Assembly: GCA_965213925.1 (NCBI GenBank)
Contig: OZ243927.1
Location: 2,432,001 to 2,496,000, forward strand
Origin: Trueperaceae bacterium
Lineage (GTDB): Bacteria; Deinococcota; Deinococci; Deinococcales; Trueperaceae
Direction: 5' to 3'
DNA length: 64,000 nucleotides
Shown: in pieces, positions 19,673 through 30,464 of the stretch
Numbering within the stretch: the stretch's first letter is position 1
Layout of the letters: each line of letters starts with the position of its first letter
Made by a program: the position numbers and the translations under genes
Notes under the pieces: model-generated
Database searches by the model: none
The model's input: only the letters and a program-made list of their open reading frames with translations
What the model was told of the DNA's origin: nothing

Positions 19673-21028
19673 ATGGCGGGACCTCAGTTGACACCCTCTC
19701 GAGACGCGCTAGAACGTGCGGTAAACGTGGCGCGCCATGTATTCGGCGTGTCTACCGTTCTCCTCGGCGGTGAAGGAGCGATGTTCGCGCGTGACTTGGA
19801 CGACCGACGAAAGGCAGCGCTCTGGTCACTTGCGCGCGCGCTAGACGTCTCTGAAAACGCCGACGAGGTCGCTGTCGTTCTCGACGCGGAACACGACGGG
19901 CGTTTGGCTCGGCACGAGGCGGTAAGGGCTGAAGGGTTCCGCTTCTTCGCAGGCGTACGCCAAGGCGATCAGCGCTTCTGCATCGCTCACAGCGAGCCGC
20001 GCGAGCATTTTAGTGAAGAGGAGCGCGCTGTTCTTTTAGATATCGCGACCTTGACCCTCGAGCGCTACGCCCTCCACACCGCCGCCGCCGCGCTCTATAG
20101 CAGCCGCGAATTCAATCAGCGGATGCTCGGTAGCATCCAGGATTGCATCAAGGTGCTTGACCTAAATAACACGCTTCTCTACATGAGCCCGAACGGGCAA
20201 AGGGCGCTAGAGCTTGACAACGTCGAAGACTTTCTAGGAACGTCGTGGCTCGAGCTGTGGCACGGCGCAGACACTCCAGACGCGCGGCGGGCGCTGCAGC
20301 GCGCTAAAGATGGAGAGATGGGGCACTTTCAGGAATCCTTGGCAACAGCAAAGGGTACGCCCAAGTTTTGGGACGTTTGGGTCACGCCCATGTTGGACCC
20401 CGAGGGGGAGCCCGAGAAGCTCCTGCTCGTCTCTCGCGACATCACCGCGCAAAAGCGGCGCGAGGACGAACTCGCGGAGTTGCGCGAAGAGCTGGAACTC
20501 GCCAATCTGAAGCTCGAGCACGACACCTTACACGACATGCTCACGGGCTTGCCCAACCGCAAGCTCTTCGCTGAACACGTCTGGAACGCGATCAGCCGCC
20601 TGGAGCGCCATTCCGAGCAGCGCTACGCGGTGCTCTTTCTCGACTTCGACGACTTCAAACGGATCAATGACGCCTTCGGGCACGGCGTCGGCGACGAGCT
20701 GCTCGTCGCCATCGCTGAGCGGCTCAAACGCGTGGTGCGTCCCTCGGATATCGTAGCGCGGCTCGCCGGCGACGAATTCACGGTGCTCCTGGGCGACGTG
20801 CAAGGTGAACGCGACGCGGCGCAGGCGGCGGAGCGCGTCGCGCAAGCTTTCGCAGAACCCTTGGAGCTGAGCGATGAAGTCCTGCGCGTCACCGTGAGCA
20901 TCGGCATCGTGATGAGCGAGCCGCACTACCGCCGACCCGAGGAGATTCTGCGCGACGCCGACGCCGCCATGTACCGCGCGAAGGCGGCGGGCAAAGCGGG
21001 CTACAGTCTGTTTCGACCTGCTTCCTAG
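19673..21028 (+). CDS. GAF-like/PAS/GGDEF diguanylate cyclase
   Basis: PAS (DCIKVLD...VSRDIT), HDMLTGLPNR, DFDDFKRIND..GH..GD, RPSD I-site, variant RLAGDEF active site. Confidence 0.88.
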   Translation: MAGPQLTPSRDALERAVNVARHVFGVSTVLLGGEGAMFARDLDDRRKAALWSLARALDVSENADEVAVVLDAEHDGRLARHEAVRAEGFRFFAGVRQGDQRFCIAHSEPREHFSEEERAVLLDIATLTLERYALHTAAAALYSSREFNQRMLGSIQDCIKVLDLNNTLLYMSPNGQRALELDNVEDFLGTSWLELWHGADTPDARRALQRAKDGEMGHFQESLATAKGTPKFWDVWVTPMLDPEGEPEKLLLVSRDITAQKRREDELAELREELELANLKLEHDTLHDMLTGLPNRKLFAEHVWNAISRLERHSEQRYAVLFLDFDDFKRINDAFGHGVGDELLVAIAERLKRVVRPSDIVARLAGDEFTVLLGDVQGERDAAQAAERVAQAFAEPLELSDEVLRVTVSIGIVMSEPHYRRPEEILRDADAAMYRAKAAGKAGYSLFRPAS

Positions 21029-21051
21029 TACCGAACTCGAGTAGGGTTTCT

Positions 21052-22433
21052 CTAGCGTCTTTGGGGCTCGAGTTTCCTTACGCGGCTACGTTCGTCGCGG
21101 CGCTCGAGTCCCGCCACGATAGCCTGCGCTCTGCGCCAGAGCCACGCCACCTGCACGCCGCTCCCGACGACGAACGCCGCCACACCGACGTAGAGCCCCG
21201 CGACGCCTTCCCAAACGACACCACCAACGAGAATCAGGGCGCTCACAGCCAAGGACAGCGCGACGGACTGCATGACGCTGCTCGTCCTTTTGCCGTGTAC
21301 GATCAGCCCCTGATACCAGTTTTGCAGCACGCTGAGGCTCGGCCAAAAGAGCGCGAACCAGAGACCCGACTGGGCAAGCCTCGCCAGCTCAGGCTCCAAC
21401 CCTGCGACGTTCTCGAACCAGAATGTGCTCAGTGGCGTCGCCGCGATGAGGAGGAGCGCGCCAAAAATTCCCGCCGTGAGGAGCCAGGTAAAGCGCCGCA
21501 AACTGCTCAGCGACTGCGGCTCGTCGGCGAGCGCCACGACGACTTCGTTATACGCCATCCCCAAGCTCCGAAAGATGAAGATAAAGCCGCTCAGGATAGG
21601 CCAGGCGGCTAGGGACTCTAACGCCCGAGGCATCCGCCCCAGCGCCGCGCTGCCGAGCGGTTGGACGAGCAAAAGGAGCAGCGAGGTGGCGGCGAGTGGA
21701 ATATAGAAGCTGTAGAACGCCGGCCAGGTAAGGTCGTCGTCGCGCGGTCCTTCCCTGAGTTCGCGCAGCGCCGGACGCACGCGCCAACCGATATAGACCA
21801 TTTCGGTGAGCACGCCCGCCGCAATCCCCAACGCGCCTACCACGATGCCGGGCAGCCCGCCTACGAAGACCGCCACGCTCACCCCGGTACTCATGGCGAG
21901 GATGTTCGCGCAGAGGCGAATGAGCGTCCCCGTACTCACCGCTCTGGCGTGTCCAAAGCGGATCAGCACCCCCTGATGAAAGCGGCGGTGCGCGATGCTC
22001 CAGGTCCAGGGCAAGATGACCATGAGCCCTAAGCGTGCGGGCCCCACAACCTCTTGCGGCGGGTTGAGCGCTGCGACGATGATGAGGTCGTAAAGCGGGG
22101 TGAAAACGAGAAGGATGTGGAGCAGCGTGAGCAGCCCGCCCGTCCACATCATGAAGCGGTAGAGCTTTTATACGACGCCCAGTCCTTGCTGAGCGCGGTA
22201 GAAGCGGCTAAGAGCATGATGACGGGCGCTTCGATGATGAGCGCCACAGGGAAGACGACGCCCCCGAGCGCGGCTAAGTTGATAGTCGGCTCGGCGAGGC
22301 GCGCGATAACCGCGCCCACGAGCGGCTGCTCTAGGCCCATAAAGAGCCAGCTCACGGCTAAGGGCCACCAAGTTTTGAAGATGTGAGAAAAAGAAAGCGC
22401 GTGCATGACGGCGTTTACCATACCCCGCGCCAC
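21052..22433 (-). pseudogene. MATE/ANKH-like membrane transporter split by a 1-bp deletion
   Basis: adding one A in TAT-AAA-AG at about 22166 joins ..DWASY to KKLYRFMMWTGG; could be a sequencing error. Confidence 0.7.
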
Positions 22434-22438
22434 TCGTT

Positions 22439-22735
22439 TTAGATTGCGGGGCTAGCTGTGTTTCGAAGATAAAAGACGCGAGAAACATTCGGTCTTCTTA
22501 CTGACCCGCAGCTCAATACGCTGTTAAGCAAGTTTTGCAACACTGTTGTCACCTCGAGCCCCCGAACCTTCAACCGCGCCGCGTCCCACCCCTCTTGCCG
22601 CGCCACCTCTCGCAGCGCGCCAAAGTTCTTGTCCGTCAGATACGCCCGCGCACCGCGCTCGGCGAGTTGCGACGCCACGTGCCACCCGATGCCGCTGGCG
22701 CAACCCGTGACGAGGTAGACGCGCTCGTCCGTCAC
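22439..22735 (-). pseudogene. 3'-truncated SDR oxidoreductase
   Basis: LVTGCASGIG Rossmann motif; similarity ends near 22545 with no YxxxK. Confidence 0.75.
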
Positions 22736-23994
22736 GTTGTGACCTGCTGGGTCGCTTGAACGGATGTGGCTTGTGTTGAGGCGGTTGCGGGGAGCGTTGT
22801 GGGGATGGTCTCGAGGAGACGCCGCAACGTCTTCGCGTAGACGAAGTGGTCCACCTCCAGCGCGTGCCGCTCGCTCTCTACAAAGCGCCGCTTACCCCGC
22901 ACGTCTTCGGGGATGACGTGCGCCAGCGTATGCGCCGCCAAGCCCACCGCGCGCCGCGCCCGTAGGTGCTTGGCGATGAGCTGCGCTTGCAAGTCGCAGA
23001 GCCAGAACATGCCGCTGTCGGGCTGGATGAGCCCCACGAAGAAGAGGCTCTTGTCGTCCAGATGAAAGACGTTGAGGTCCAAAGCGGGTATGCCGTTCTG
23101 CCAGGGCAAGAGAGCTTCGTTTAGAAAGGGAAACGAGACGCGGTAGCCCGTCGCGTAGATGATGAGGTCGATAACCTCGTCCGAACCATCGGCAAACGTT
23201 ACCGTCCGCTCCTCTAAAGAGGTGATGTCGGGCTTCGCGGTGAGGTCGCCGTGACCGAGATAGTACGTGAGCTGCGAGTTGATCGTCGAATGGCTCTCGA
23301 AGAGCTTGTGGTCGGGTTTGGGCAGCCCCAACGTGGTCGGGTCGCCGCGTACGATGCCCATGAGCACGTTGCTGAGCGCCCGCCGGACGCGCAGCGGCAC
23401 GCCTAAGCGGATGAGGTCTTCGGCGGCTTGGTCGGCGGGCTTGCCCAAGAGGTACCTGGGGATGAAGTGGTAGCCGCGCCGCAGGCTGTGAAAAGCGGCG
23501 TCGGCGTGCTGCGCCGCCTCCACCGCGATGTCGCAGCCGGAGTTGCCGCCGCCGCCGACTAACACGCGCTTACCGCGCAAGAGGTCGGGGTGTTTGTAGG
23601 CTTTGGCGTGGCGGGTTTCGCCCGTGAATGTGCCAGGATACGCAGGGCATTTCGGATGCCATAAATGCCCGTTAGCAACGATGAGCCCAGCGTAGTGACG
23701 GACCTCTTGCGTGTCGGTCTCGAACCGCCGCACCGTCACCGCCCAACCCCCATTCACCTTGCCGGCGTTCACCACTTCAGTCTTGAATTCGGCGTGGTCA
23801 TAGATACCGAAATGCTGTGCGTAGTTGCGCAGATAGGCTAAAACCTGGGTGTGCTTGGGATAGTCGGGATACGACTCGGGCATCGGGTAGTCGGGGTATT
23901 CGGTCAGCGGTTTGCTGGAGATGAGGTGCGTGGAGCTGTAGACGCTCGAGCCCTCCGCCCCGTAATACCAGTTGCCGCCCACGTCGTCCTCGCG
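22732..23994 (-). pseudogene. flavin-containing monooxygenase lacking its N-terminus
   Basis: DVGGNW, VANGH, H...YK fingerprint, GGGNSGCDIA, YATGY; the first GxGxxG and start are missing. Confidence 0.82.
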
Positions 23995-24867
23995 CACCCG
24001 TTTGCGCCCCACTACCTCAGCGTCTCGGACTTTGAAGGCGACGAACTGCGCGTTCACTATCTGGATGAGGGAGGAGGTCCTACCGTGCCCCTCTTACACG
24101 GCGAGCCGACCTGGTCTTACCTCTACCGCCGCATGATTCCGCCGCTCGTCGGGGCGGGCTTTCGCGTCGTCGCGCCCGACCTCGTGGGTTTCGGCAAGTC
24201 GGACAAACCTTCTCAAAAAAAGGATCACACCTACGCGCGGCACGTGGGCTGGCTGAGAGAGGCGCTTTTTGAGAGGCTAAACTTGGAGGACGTGACGCTT
24301 TTCTGTCAGGACTGGGGCTCGCTCATAGGCTTGCGGCTCGTCGCAGAACACCCCGAGCGCTTCTCACGGGTGGTGCTGGCTAATGGTGGACTCCCAACTG
24401 GGGACGAAAAGATGCCCGTTCCCTTCAGAATCTGGTTGACGTTTTCGAAGCTGACGCCTGTGTTGCCTGTCGGGAGAATCGTTCAGCTCGGTACGACTAC
24501 AAAGCTAACTAAGGATGTGATCAAGGCGTACGGTGCGCCCTTTCCGAGCGAAGCCTATAAAGCGGGGGCGCACGTCTTTCCCTCGCTCGTGCCGAACCAT
24601 CCTGATGACCCTGCCGAGGGTGCCAACCGCCAAGCGTGGACCTCAGAAAAGTTCGATAAACCTTTTCTCACCGCCTTTAGCGACGGCGACCCGATTACCA
24701 AAGGGGGCGAACGCATCTTCCAAAACCGCGTGCCGGGAGCGCAAGGTCAGCCGCACGTTGTGACGAAAGGCGCTGGACATTTCTTACAAGAGGACCGCCC
24801 GGACTACTTGGCGAAGCGCATCACGCAGTTCATTCGCGGAGGTAGTCACGCTGAGCGCGTACACTAA
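23995..24867 (+). pseudogene. haloalkane dehalogenase (DhlA/DhmA-type) lacking its N-terminus
   Basis: PFAPHY, LHGEPTWSYLYR, APDLVGFGKSDKP, QDWG, AGHFLQED; no native start. Confidence 0.8.
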
Positions 24868-24901
24868 GCTGTATGAACCTTTCTTATATTTTGGAGCCCC
24901 T

Positions 24902-25340
24902 TTGAGCGTTCGTAAACGCAGTAACGGTCTCGCCACCCATCAGAAGATCGTCAGCGCCGCTGTGACGATTATGCGCGAGGAGGGACCGGCGGGCGTCGCC
25001 ACGGCGCGACTTGCCGAAGCGTCGGGTATCGTCCAGTCGGGCTTTTACACGCACTTCAAGAACGTGGACGAGGCGATCGTCGCCGCCGCCGAGCACACGG
25101 GGCGGCGTCTCCGTGACATCATCAAACGGTGGCGTATGGAGATCGTGGCGTTAGGGGACGTCACCGTGCAGCAACTCGCTGAACAGTATTGCGTCACTCA
25201 TCCACCTGCTCTTAGAGGAGCGCCACTTCACCGAACTCTACCTGCAATATCGGCGCACCCCGACCTCATTAGGTGCGGTGTTGCGGCAGTTTAAAATGGA
25301 TGTGGTAGCAGATGTCGTCGTGCATTTGGAGCAGATGATC
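24902..25340 (+). pseudogene. TetR-family regulator, frameshifted
   Basis: LAEASGIVQSGFYTHFKN HTH; plausible continuation ASLIHLLLEERHF.. in another frame after about 25190. Confidence 0.7.
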
Positions 25341-25456
25341 CCAGCCGAATTTAGAGGTTTGGAGGACAACCGCTTCTCCAAGTGTCGCAGCCTGCTCATC
25401 CCCGACCACAAGGGCCAGCCGGACTGTTAGGTGCTCGTCATAGAACACCGCACAGC

Positions 25457-25606
25457 ACGAGGCGGAAGCGCGCTTCGAGCAAACCTTCGCCGCCAACCCG
25501 GCGCCCACTATGCGCGCCGGTTGCAGCCTCTATCAACCTTTTGGACGACCTCCGTATCCTCAATATCAATGAGGCATTTCAAAAGGCGACGGGTTTACTA
25601 AGGTAA
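25457..25606 (+). pseudogene. PAS-domain fragment
   Basis: EAEARFEQTFAANPAPT then, after a frame break, INLLDDLRILNINEAFQKATG. Confidence 0.55.
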
Positions 25607-26008
25607 CCCACGACGGAAGGGTGTGAAGTATTACACATCTGTTGGTATGACCTTGCTACTATTAAAGGTGTAAAAAGTGAGAGAGTATACGTTTTAGGGG
25701 CAAGTATACGAATTCGGGGGGTACATGATCATCATTACTATTGGGCGAAAACGCAGCTCATTTACCAAACCCTGTTCAAACAGGAAGATCTAAATGAGAA
25801 GTTGTGTTCACTTCATCGTCCTAGAAGCGTTGCGCCAGGAGCGCAGCCAACTGAATGAGCGCTTGTCCAGCACGCCGGAGGGCGCGGGCGGCACTACTGA
25901 TAGCCCCACCGACAACCCGACCGGCGCAGAGCCGCAAGCACCTAACGTCAAATCAATAGGACCTGGTTAGTAGAACCTGAGTCAACGAGACTTCGCTAGG
26001 AGCGTTTT

Positions 26009-26155
26009 GTGAACATCATCTTATGGCTCATCTGTAGAAGCCTTAGCGGGCTGGATCGCCAGCCTCATCGTCAAGACAGACCAGGGTCTTCTGCTCGTTA
26101 TCGTCGGCTCAGCCGTGCTGCTCTTATCGTCAAGGCGGTCACGAGCCGAACCTAA
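26009..26155 (+). pseudogene. GlsB/YeaQ/YmgE stress membrane protein remnant
   Basis: MNIILWLI../LAGWIASLIVKTD.QGLL../IVGSAVLL in broken frames; AGGAG SD. Confidence 0.65.
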
Positions 26156-26252
26156 CGATTTAGTACACAGGTGTTAGTACGTAGGTGAAGGAGGCAACTT
26201 GAATTGAGACCAGTCAACCCAACGCGCAGTATCACCCACAAGGGGGGACAAC

Positions 26253-26459
26253 ATGGCAGATAAGGACAGAGTCGGCGTTTACGGCGATGACACAACTACC
26301 GAGGTCGTCGAACCGACCCAAACGGACACGACTACAACTGAAACCCGCACAACTGAAACCTATTCAGCGGATGAGAAGAAGGGCGGGGGCATCCCGAGCT
26401 GGGCGATTGCACTGATCGTCCTGGTTGTCGTGATTCTCGCTATCATCCTCCTCTTTTAA
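26253..26459 (+). CDS. small Thr-rich protein with a C-terminal TM anchor
   Basis: AAGGGGG SD, Thr/Glu-rich N-terminus, GGIPSWAIALIVLVVVILAIILLF. Confidence 0.75.
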   Translation: MADKDRVGVYGDDTTTEVVEPTQTDTTTTETRTTETYSADEKKGGGIPSWAIALIVLVVVILAIILLF

Positions 26460-26466
26460 GGTAGGG

Positions 26467-27093
26467 GTGAATGAGGTGGAGTTCGTAACGCTCACCGACC
26501 TAGAAGGTCGCCGCACCAAAGCGGAACTGCTCTCTCGGGACGGGAGCCAGCGGCACATCCGCTTGGAGAGCGGTCAGGCCGTTTCCTTACCCGAAGATGC
26601 GTTGGTCAAGCAGAACGGCGGCGACTACTACCTGCTCCTCAAGCTGAGCGAGTTGGAGGCGAGTGCGGGTGAGCCTGAGAGGGCGGACGTGTCACCCGGA
26701 CGTGAAGAGGCTGTCATTCCCGTCGCTGAAGAGCGTATAAACGTCCAGAAGCGCCGGGTCGAAGGCGACACAGTGCGCGTGACGAAGCAGGTGCACGAAC
26801 ACGAAGAGGTCGTAGACGAACCCCTCCGTGGCGAAGAGGTCACCGTGGAGCGCGTCAAGCTGGGTCGGATCGTCGAGGAAGCCGAACCCATCCGCACAGA
26901 GGGTAACACCACCATCATCCCCCTGTACGAAGAGGTTTTAGTGGTCGAGAAGCGCCTCGTCTTGGCTGAAGAGCTGCGCGTGACGAAGCGGCAGACGGAG
27001 CGGCGCGAGCCGCAAACCGTGACACTTCGCCGCGAGGAGGCCACCGTAGAGCGCCTAGGACCAGGAGAGGGGGTGGTCGGGGGGGACGAATAG
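26467..27093 (+). CDS. YsnF/AvaK (DUF2382) domain protein
   Basis: IPVAEER..V.KR.V, VTVERV, IIPLYEEVLVVEKRLVLAEELRV, VTLRREE. Confidence 0.88.
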   Translation: MNEVEFVTLTDLEGRRTKAELLSRDGSQRHIRLESGQAVSLPEDALVKQNGGDYYLLLKLSELEASAGEPERADVSPGREEAVIPVAEERINVQKRRVEGDTVRVTKQVHEHEEVVDEPLRGEEVTVERVKLGRIVEEAEPIRTEGNTTIIPLYEEVLVVEKRLVLAEELRVTKRQTERREPQTVTLRREEATVERLGPGEGVVGGDE

Positions 27094-27189
27094 AAGTATT
27101 CGCGAGATAGCGCATCACAAGATGCAGCCCATCAGAAACACAACGCACCAGAAACACAACCGTAACTCAGAACATAAAGGAGATACACC

Positions 27190-27951
27190 ATGGCAAACAC
27201 CATCATTGGACTCTACAACGACGCCAGCACCGCCGAGCGCGTGATCGACGACCTGACGGATAGTGGCTTTAACCGTAGCAATGTCGAGATGCACCGCGAA
27301 AGCGACGCTTCAGGCTTGCACAGTGAACTCGTGGACGAAGGCATCCCTCGTGACGACGCCGACTACTACGTCGAGGGGCTGCGCGACGGCGGCGTTTTGG
27401 TAAGTGTCCAGGCGGAGGACAGCGACACCGACAAGGCGGTGGACATCATGAACCGCTACGCGGATGAAGGCGGCTACGAGGACAGGCGCGAGTTCGACGA
27501 CGACCTCCGCACAGACGCTGACGGAACGAACGTTGACCGGGATGCGGGCAGAGGTACGAGGACCACGGACGACGACACCATTGAGGTGGCCGAAGAGCGG
27601 ATGAACATCGGCAAGCGTCGCGTCAACCGGGGTGGCGTCCGCGTGCGCAGCCGCGTGGTCGAGGAGGATGTCGAAGAGGACGTAACCCTGCGCGACGAAG
27701 AGGTCAGAGTGGAGCGCGAGCGCGTGGACCGTGAAGTAAGTGGCGCTGACGGCGACCTCTTTCAAGAGCGCACCATCGAAGCCACTGAGACGGACGAAGA
27801 AGCGGTCGTGGACAAAGAGGCCCGCGTCACCGAAGAGATACACGTCGACAAAGAGGCAACGGAGCACACCGAGACCGTGAGCGACACTGTGCGCCGCACG
27901 GAAGTAGACGTTGAAGAGACGGACGGCGACACGAGGCGCGACCGAAGCTAA
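27190..27951 (+). CDS. YsnF/AvaK (DUF2382) protein with a general-stress N-terminal domain
   Basis: GIPRDDADYYVEGLRDGGVLVSV, EERMNIGKRRV.RGGVRV, DTVRRTEVDVE. Confidence 0.88.
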   Translation: MANTIIGLYNDASTAERVIDDLTDSGFNRSNVEMHRESDASGLHSELVDEGIPRDDADYYVEGLRDGGVLVSVQAEDSDTDKAVDIMNRYADEGGYEDRREFDDDLRTDADGTNVDRDAGRGTRTTDDDTIEVAEERMNIGKRRVNRGGVRVRSRVVEEDVEEDVTLRDEEVRVERERVDREVSGADGDLFQERTIEATETDEEAVVDKEARVTEEIHVDKEATEHTETVSDTVRRTEVDVEETDGDTRRDRS

Positions 27952-28011
27952 ATGACCAAACCAGGGGGGCTTTTCTGGTTCTCCGCTCACAGTATCTGAT
28001 AGGAGAACCTT

Positions 28012-28983
28012 ATGGCAGACGCACATCCGAGGCGTACCGACCGCGTCATCGTCGAATCAAACTCGAACGATTACGACCGCGACAATCGCGACGGCAGACC
28101 CGTCAAGCGCATCTCGTGGGGCGCGATTGTCGCGGGCGCGCTCACCGCACTTGCGGTGCTCACGCTCCTTAACCTGCTCTTCTACGGCATCGGCATCTCG
28201 ACGATCAACCCGACGAGTGAGCAGAACCCCTTTGCCGGCTTGCCCGTAGGGATGCTCATCGCGACCATCATCAGCAACCTGGTCGCGCTCTTCGTCGGCG
28301 GTTACGTCGCGGGCAAACTCGCGGGCACGCCGCGCACCTTCCCAGGGCTTATGCACGGCATCCTCACCTGGGTGCTCCTGACCATTTTCACCTTTTTCTT
28401 AGCCTCGACCGCCCTCGGCAGCCTGGTCAGCGGTGTGACGAGCACGCTCGGCTCGGCCTTTAGCGCCGCCAGCTCGGGCATAAGCAGCGCAGCCAGCGCT
28501 GTCCCCGTACCTAACTCACCGCAAGGCGCGACGAGCGCTCTCAACCAAATTCCAGGTCTTAGCAATGTTCAACAGCAGATCGACCAGCTTCTCAGCCAAG
28601 CGGGGGTACAAAATCCGCAGCAGGTCGCTCAGCAACTCACCAGCACGGCGGTCAACACCGTGCAGTCTGGTGAGAGCTTGACCTCGCAGGCGACGCAGCA
28701 GGAATTCACTCAAACCATCGCTCAGAACTCTGAGCTGTCCGAGCAAGAGGTTCAGCAGCAGGTGAGCCAGTTCACGCAGAACGCGCAGCAGCAGCTCGAT
28801 CAGGCGCAACAGCAGGCGTCGCAGACGGCGCAACAGGCTGCGAACGCGGTGGGCACAGCGGCGATTATCGCCTTTTTCGTCCTGCTTATAGGCGCAGGCG
28901 TCGCCGCTGCCGGGAGCACCGTCGGCAGCCCTAAAGATGCGCGCGAAGCGCAAGGTGAAGGCGCACGGACCCGCAGGGCGTAA
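28012..28983 (+). CDS. membrane protein with a Gln-rich helical loop
   Basis: RISWGAIVAG, ALFVGGYVAGKLAG, G.MHG.LTW, Gln-rich segment, C-terminal TM. Confidence 0.82.
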   Translation: MADAHPRRTDRVIVESNSNDYDRDNRDGRPVKRISWGAIVAGALTALAVLTLLNLLFYGIGISTINPTSEQNPFAGLPVGMLIATIISNLVALFVGGYVAGKLAGTPRTFPGLMHGILTWVLLTIFTFFLASTALGSLVSGVTSTLGSAFSAASSGISSAASAVPVPNSPQGATSALNQIPGLSNVQQQIDQLLSQAGVQNPQQVAQQLTSTAVNTVQSGESLTSQATQQEFTQTIAQNSELSEQEVQQQVSQFTQNAQQQLDQAQQQASQTAQQAANAVGTAAIIAFFVLLIGAGVAAAGSTVGSPKDAREAQGEGARTRRA

Positions 28984-29110
28984 ACCGTCAACTTTGCAAC
29001 ACCTTCGTACCAAGCCCAGGTTTCAAGCTCAGATTAAACGACCTAACGCGCATAGATGCGCTCACTACAAGAACCTCATTCACGCACACCTCAGTCCAAG
29101 GGGGGACATT

Positions 29111-30442
29111 ATGTCACAGAACACACCACAATCCGCCTCACAGAAACGAATTCTAACCTGGCTCAATGACGCCTACGCGATGGAGACCGAGGGCGCGAAA
29201 ACGCTCGAGCGCCACGCGAACGCCGCCGAGAACTACCCCCAAATCCAGTCGAAATTGCAGCGCCACGCCGAGGAGACGCGCCAGCACGCCGAGAAGGTCA
29301 AAGGTTGCGCCCAGCGGCTCGGCGGGCAACCGTCCGCCGCTAGGGAAGCGTTAGGCACGGTGATGGGCACGGCCAGAGGCGTCGCCACTCGCGCCGCTAA
29401 AGACACCGTCGTCAAGAACGTGCTAGCCGACTACGCCTCTGAGCACTTCGAAATTGCCTGCTACAAGTCGCTCATCGCCGCCGCCGAAAGGGAGGGCGAT
29501 CAGGAGACCGCCAGGGTCTGCCGAGAGATTTTAAGAGAAGAAGAAACGATGGTTGGGTTTTTAGACGAGCAAATAGGCGACGTAACCGAGCAATTCCTGA
29601 GCAAGCAGGCGAGCGAAGAGCAGAGCAGCAGCGGCTCGAGTTCGCAAGACATGCAGGAGACAGGTCAGAAACTCCTCAAAGGGGCGCAGCAAAACGCCCT
29701 GCCCATCGTGGGCGGACTCGTCGTCGCGGGCGCAGGAGCGGGACTCTTACTCACGCGCGTGCTCGGGGGCAAACAACAGTCCAGTGAGGACCAGGACGCG
29801 GACCGAGACGTGTACGGAAGCTCAGGCTATCAAGAGGAGAGCAGCCCGTACAGCGCCGTCCAGGGCGGAGCCTACTCGGGCGAAGCGGCCGGCTACGCCC
29901 AACCCCTCGAGCAACCCTATGATCAGCCTTCGGTGACGCCGACCCAGCTCGAGTTGGATGTTGATAGTGGGTTGCAGGGTGACCTGCAAAGCGATGGGCT
30001 GCAAAGTGATGGGCTGCAAAGCGGTGACTTGCAGAGTGTCGGGTTGCAAAGTGGCGATTTGCAGAGTGGCAGCTTGCAAGACGACCTTCAAAACAGCGCG
30101 CAGCGTGACAGCTTTGAAAACGACGTTGTAGGCGTGCAGAGTGTCACGGACCAAAGCCCCGCTCGAAGCGGTGATGCGAGTCCCGCAGTTGTAGAGGTTG
30201 CCGAGACCGAAGAATCTCCAACCGGCGACCCGGTAGCAGATGAGGTCATGACGCGCCTCAAGGAGCACAGACAGGTGGACGACAGCGACATCGAGGTCAC
30301 CGTGGAGAAGAACGGGCGCGTGACCTTAAAAGGCGTGGTTGACAGCAAGGACATCAAGCAGCGGGCGGAAAAGGCTGTCGCGGGCGTGTTGAGCGTCAGC
30401 CAGGTCCGCAACCAGCTCAAGGTGAAGTCGCAAAAAGCGTAG
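29111..30442 (+). CDS. ferritin-like DUF892 (YciE-type) domain, TM, low-complexity linker and BON domain fusion
   Basis: WLNDAYAME, H.EET..H, EHFEIACYKSL, ILREE; TM LPIVGGLVVAGAGAGLLL; BON DIEVTVE.GRVTLKGVV...V.NQLKV; start 29111 after AAGGGGG. Confidence 0.85.
   Translation: MSQNTPQSASQKRILTWLNDAYAMETEGAKTLERHANAAENYPQIQSKLQRHAEETRQHAEKVKGCAQRLGGQPSAAREALGTVMGTARGVATRAAKDTVVKNVLADYASEHFEIACYKSLIAAAEREGDQETARVCREILREEETMVGFLDEQIGDVTEQFLSKQASEEQSSSGSSSQDMQETGQKLLKGAQQNALPIVGGLVVAGAGAGLLLTRVLGGKQQSSEDQDADRDVYGSSGYQEESSPYSAVQGGAYSGEAAGYAQPLEQPYDQPSVTPTQLELDVDSGLQGDLQSDGLQSDGLQSGDLQSVGLQSGDLQSGSLQDDLQNSAQRDSFENDVVGVQSVTDQSPARSGDASPAVVEVAETEESPTGDPVADEVMTRLKEHRQVDDSDIEVTVEKNGRVTLKGVVDSKDIKQRAEKAVAGVLSVSQVRNQLKVKSQKA
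29972..30091 (+). repeat. in-frame 15-bp tandem repeat encoding LQS(D/G/V)(G/D/S)
   Basis: (c/t)tgca(a/g) recurs at 29984, 29999, 30014, 30029, 30044, 30059 and 30074. Confidence 0.85.
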
Positions 30443-30464
30443 CACTCGCACTTAGGAGACCGAC

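Noticed and set aside
23851..24057. Apparent antisense overlap of the FMO and dehalogenase ORFs
   Set aside because: Produced by the deletion junction near 23994; the extensions have no family similarity.
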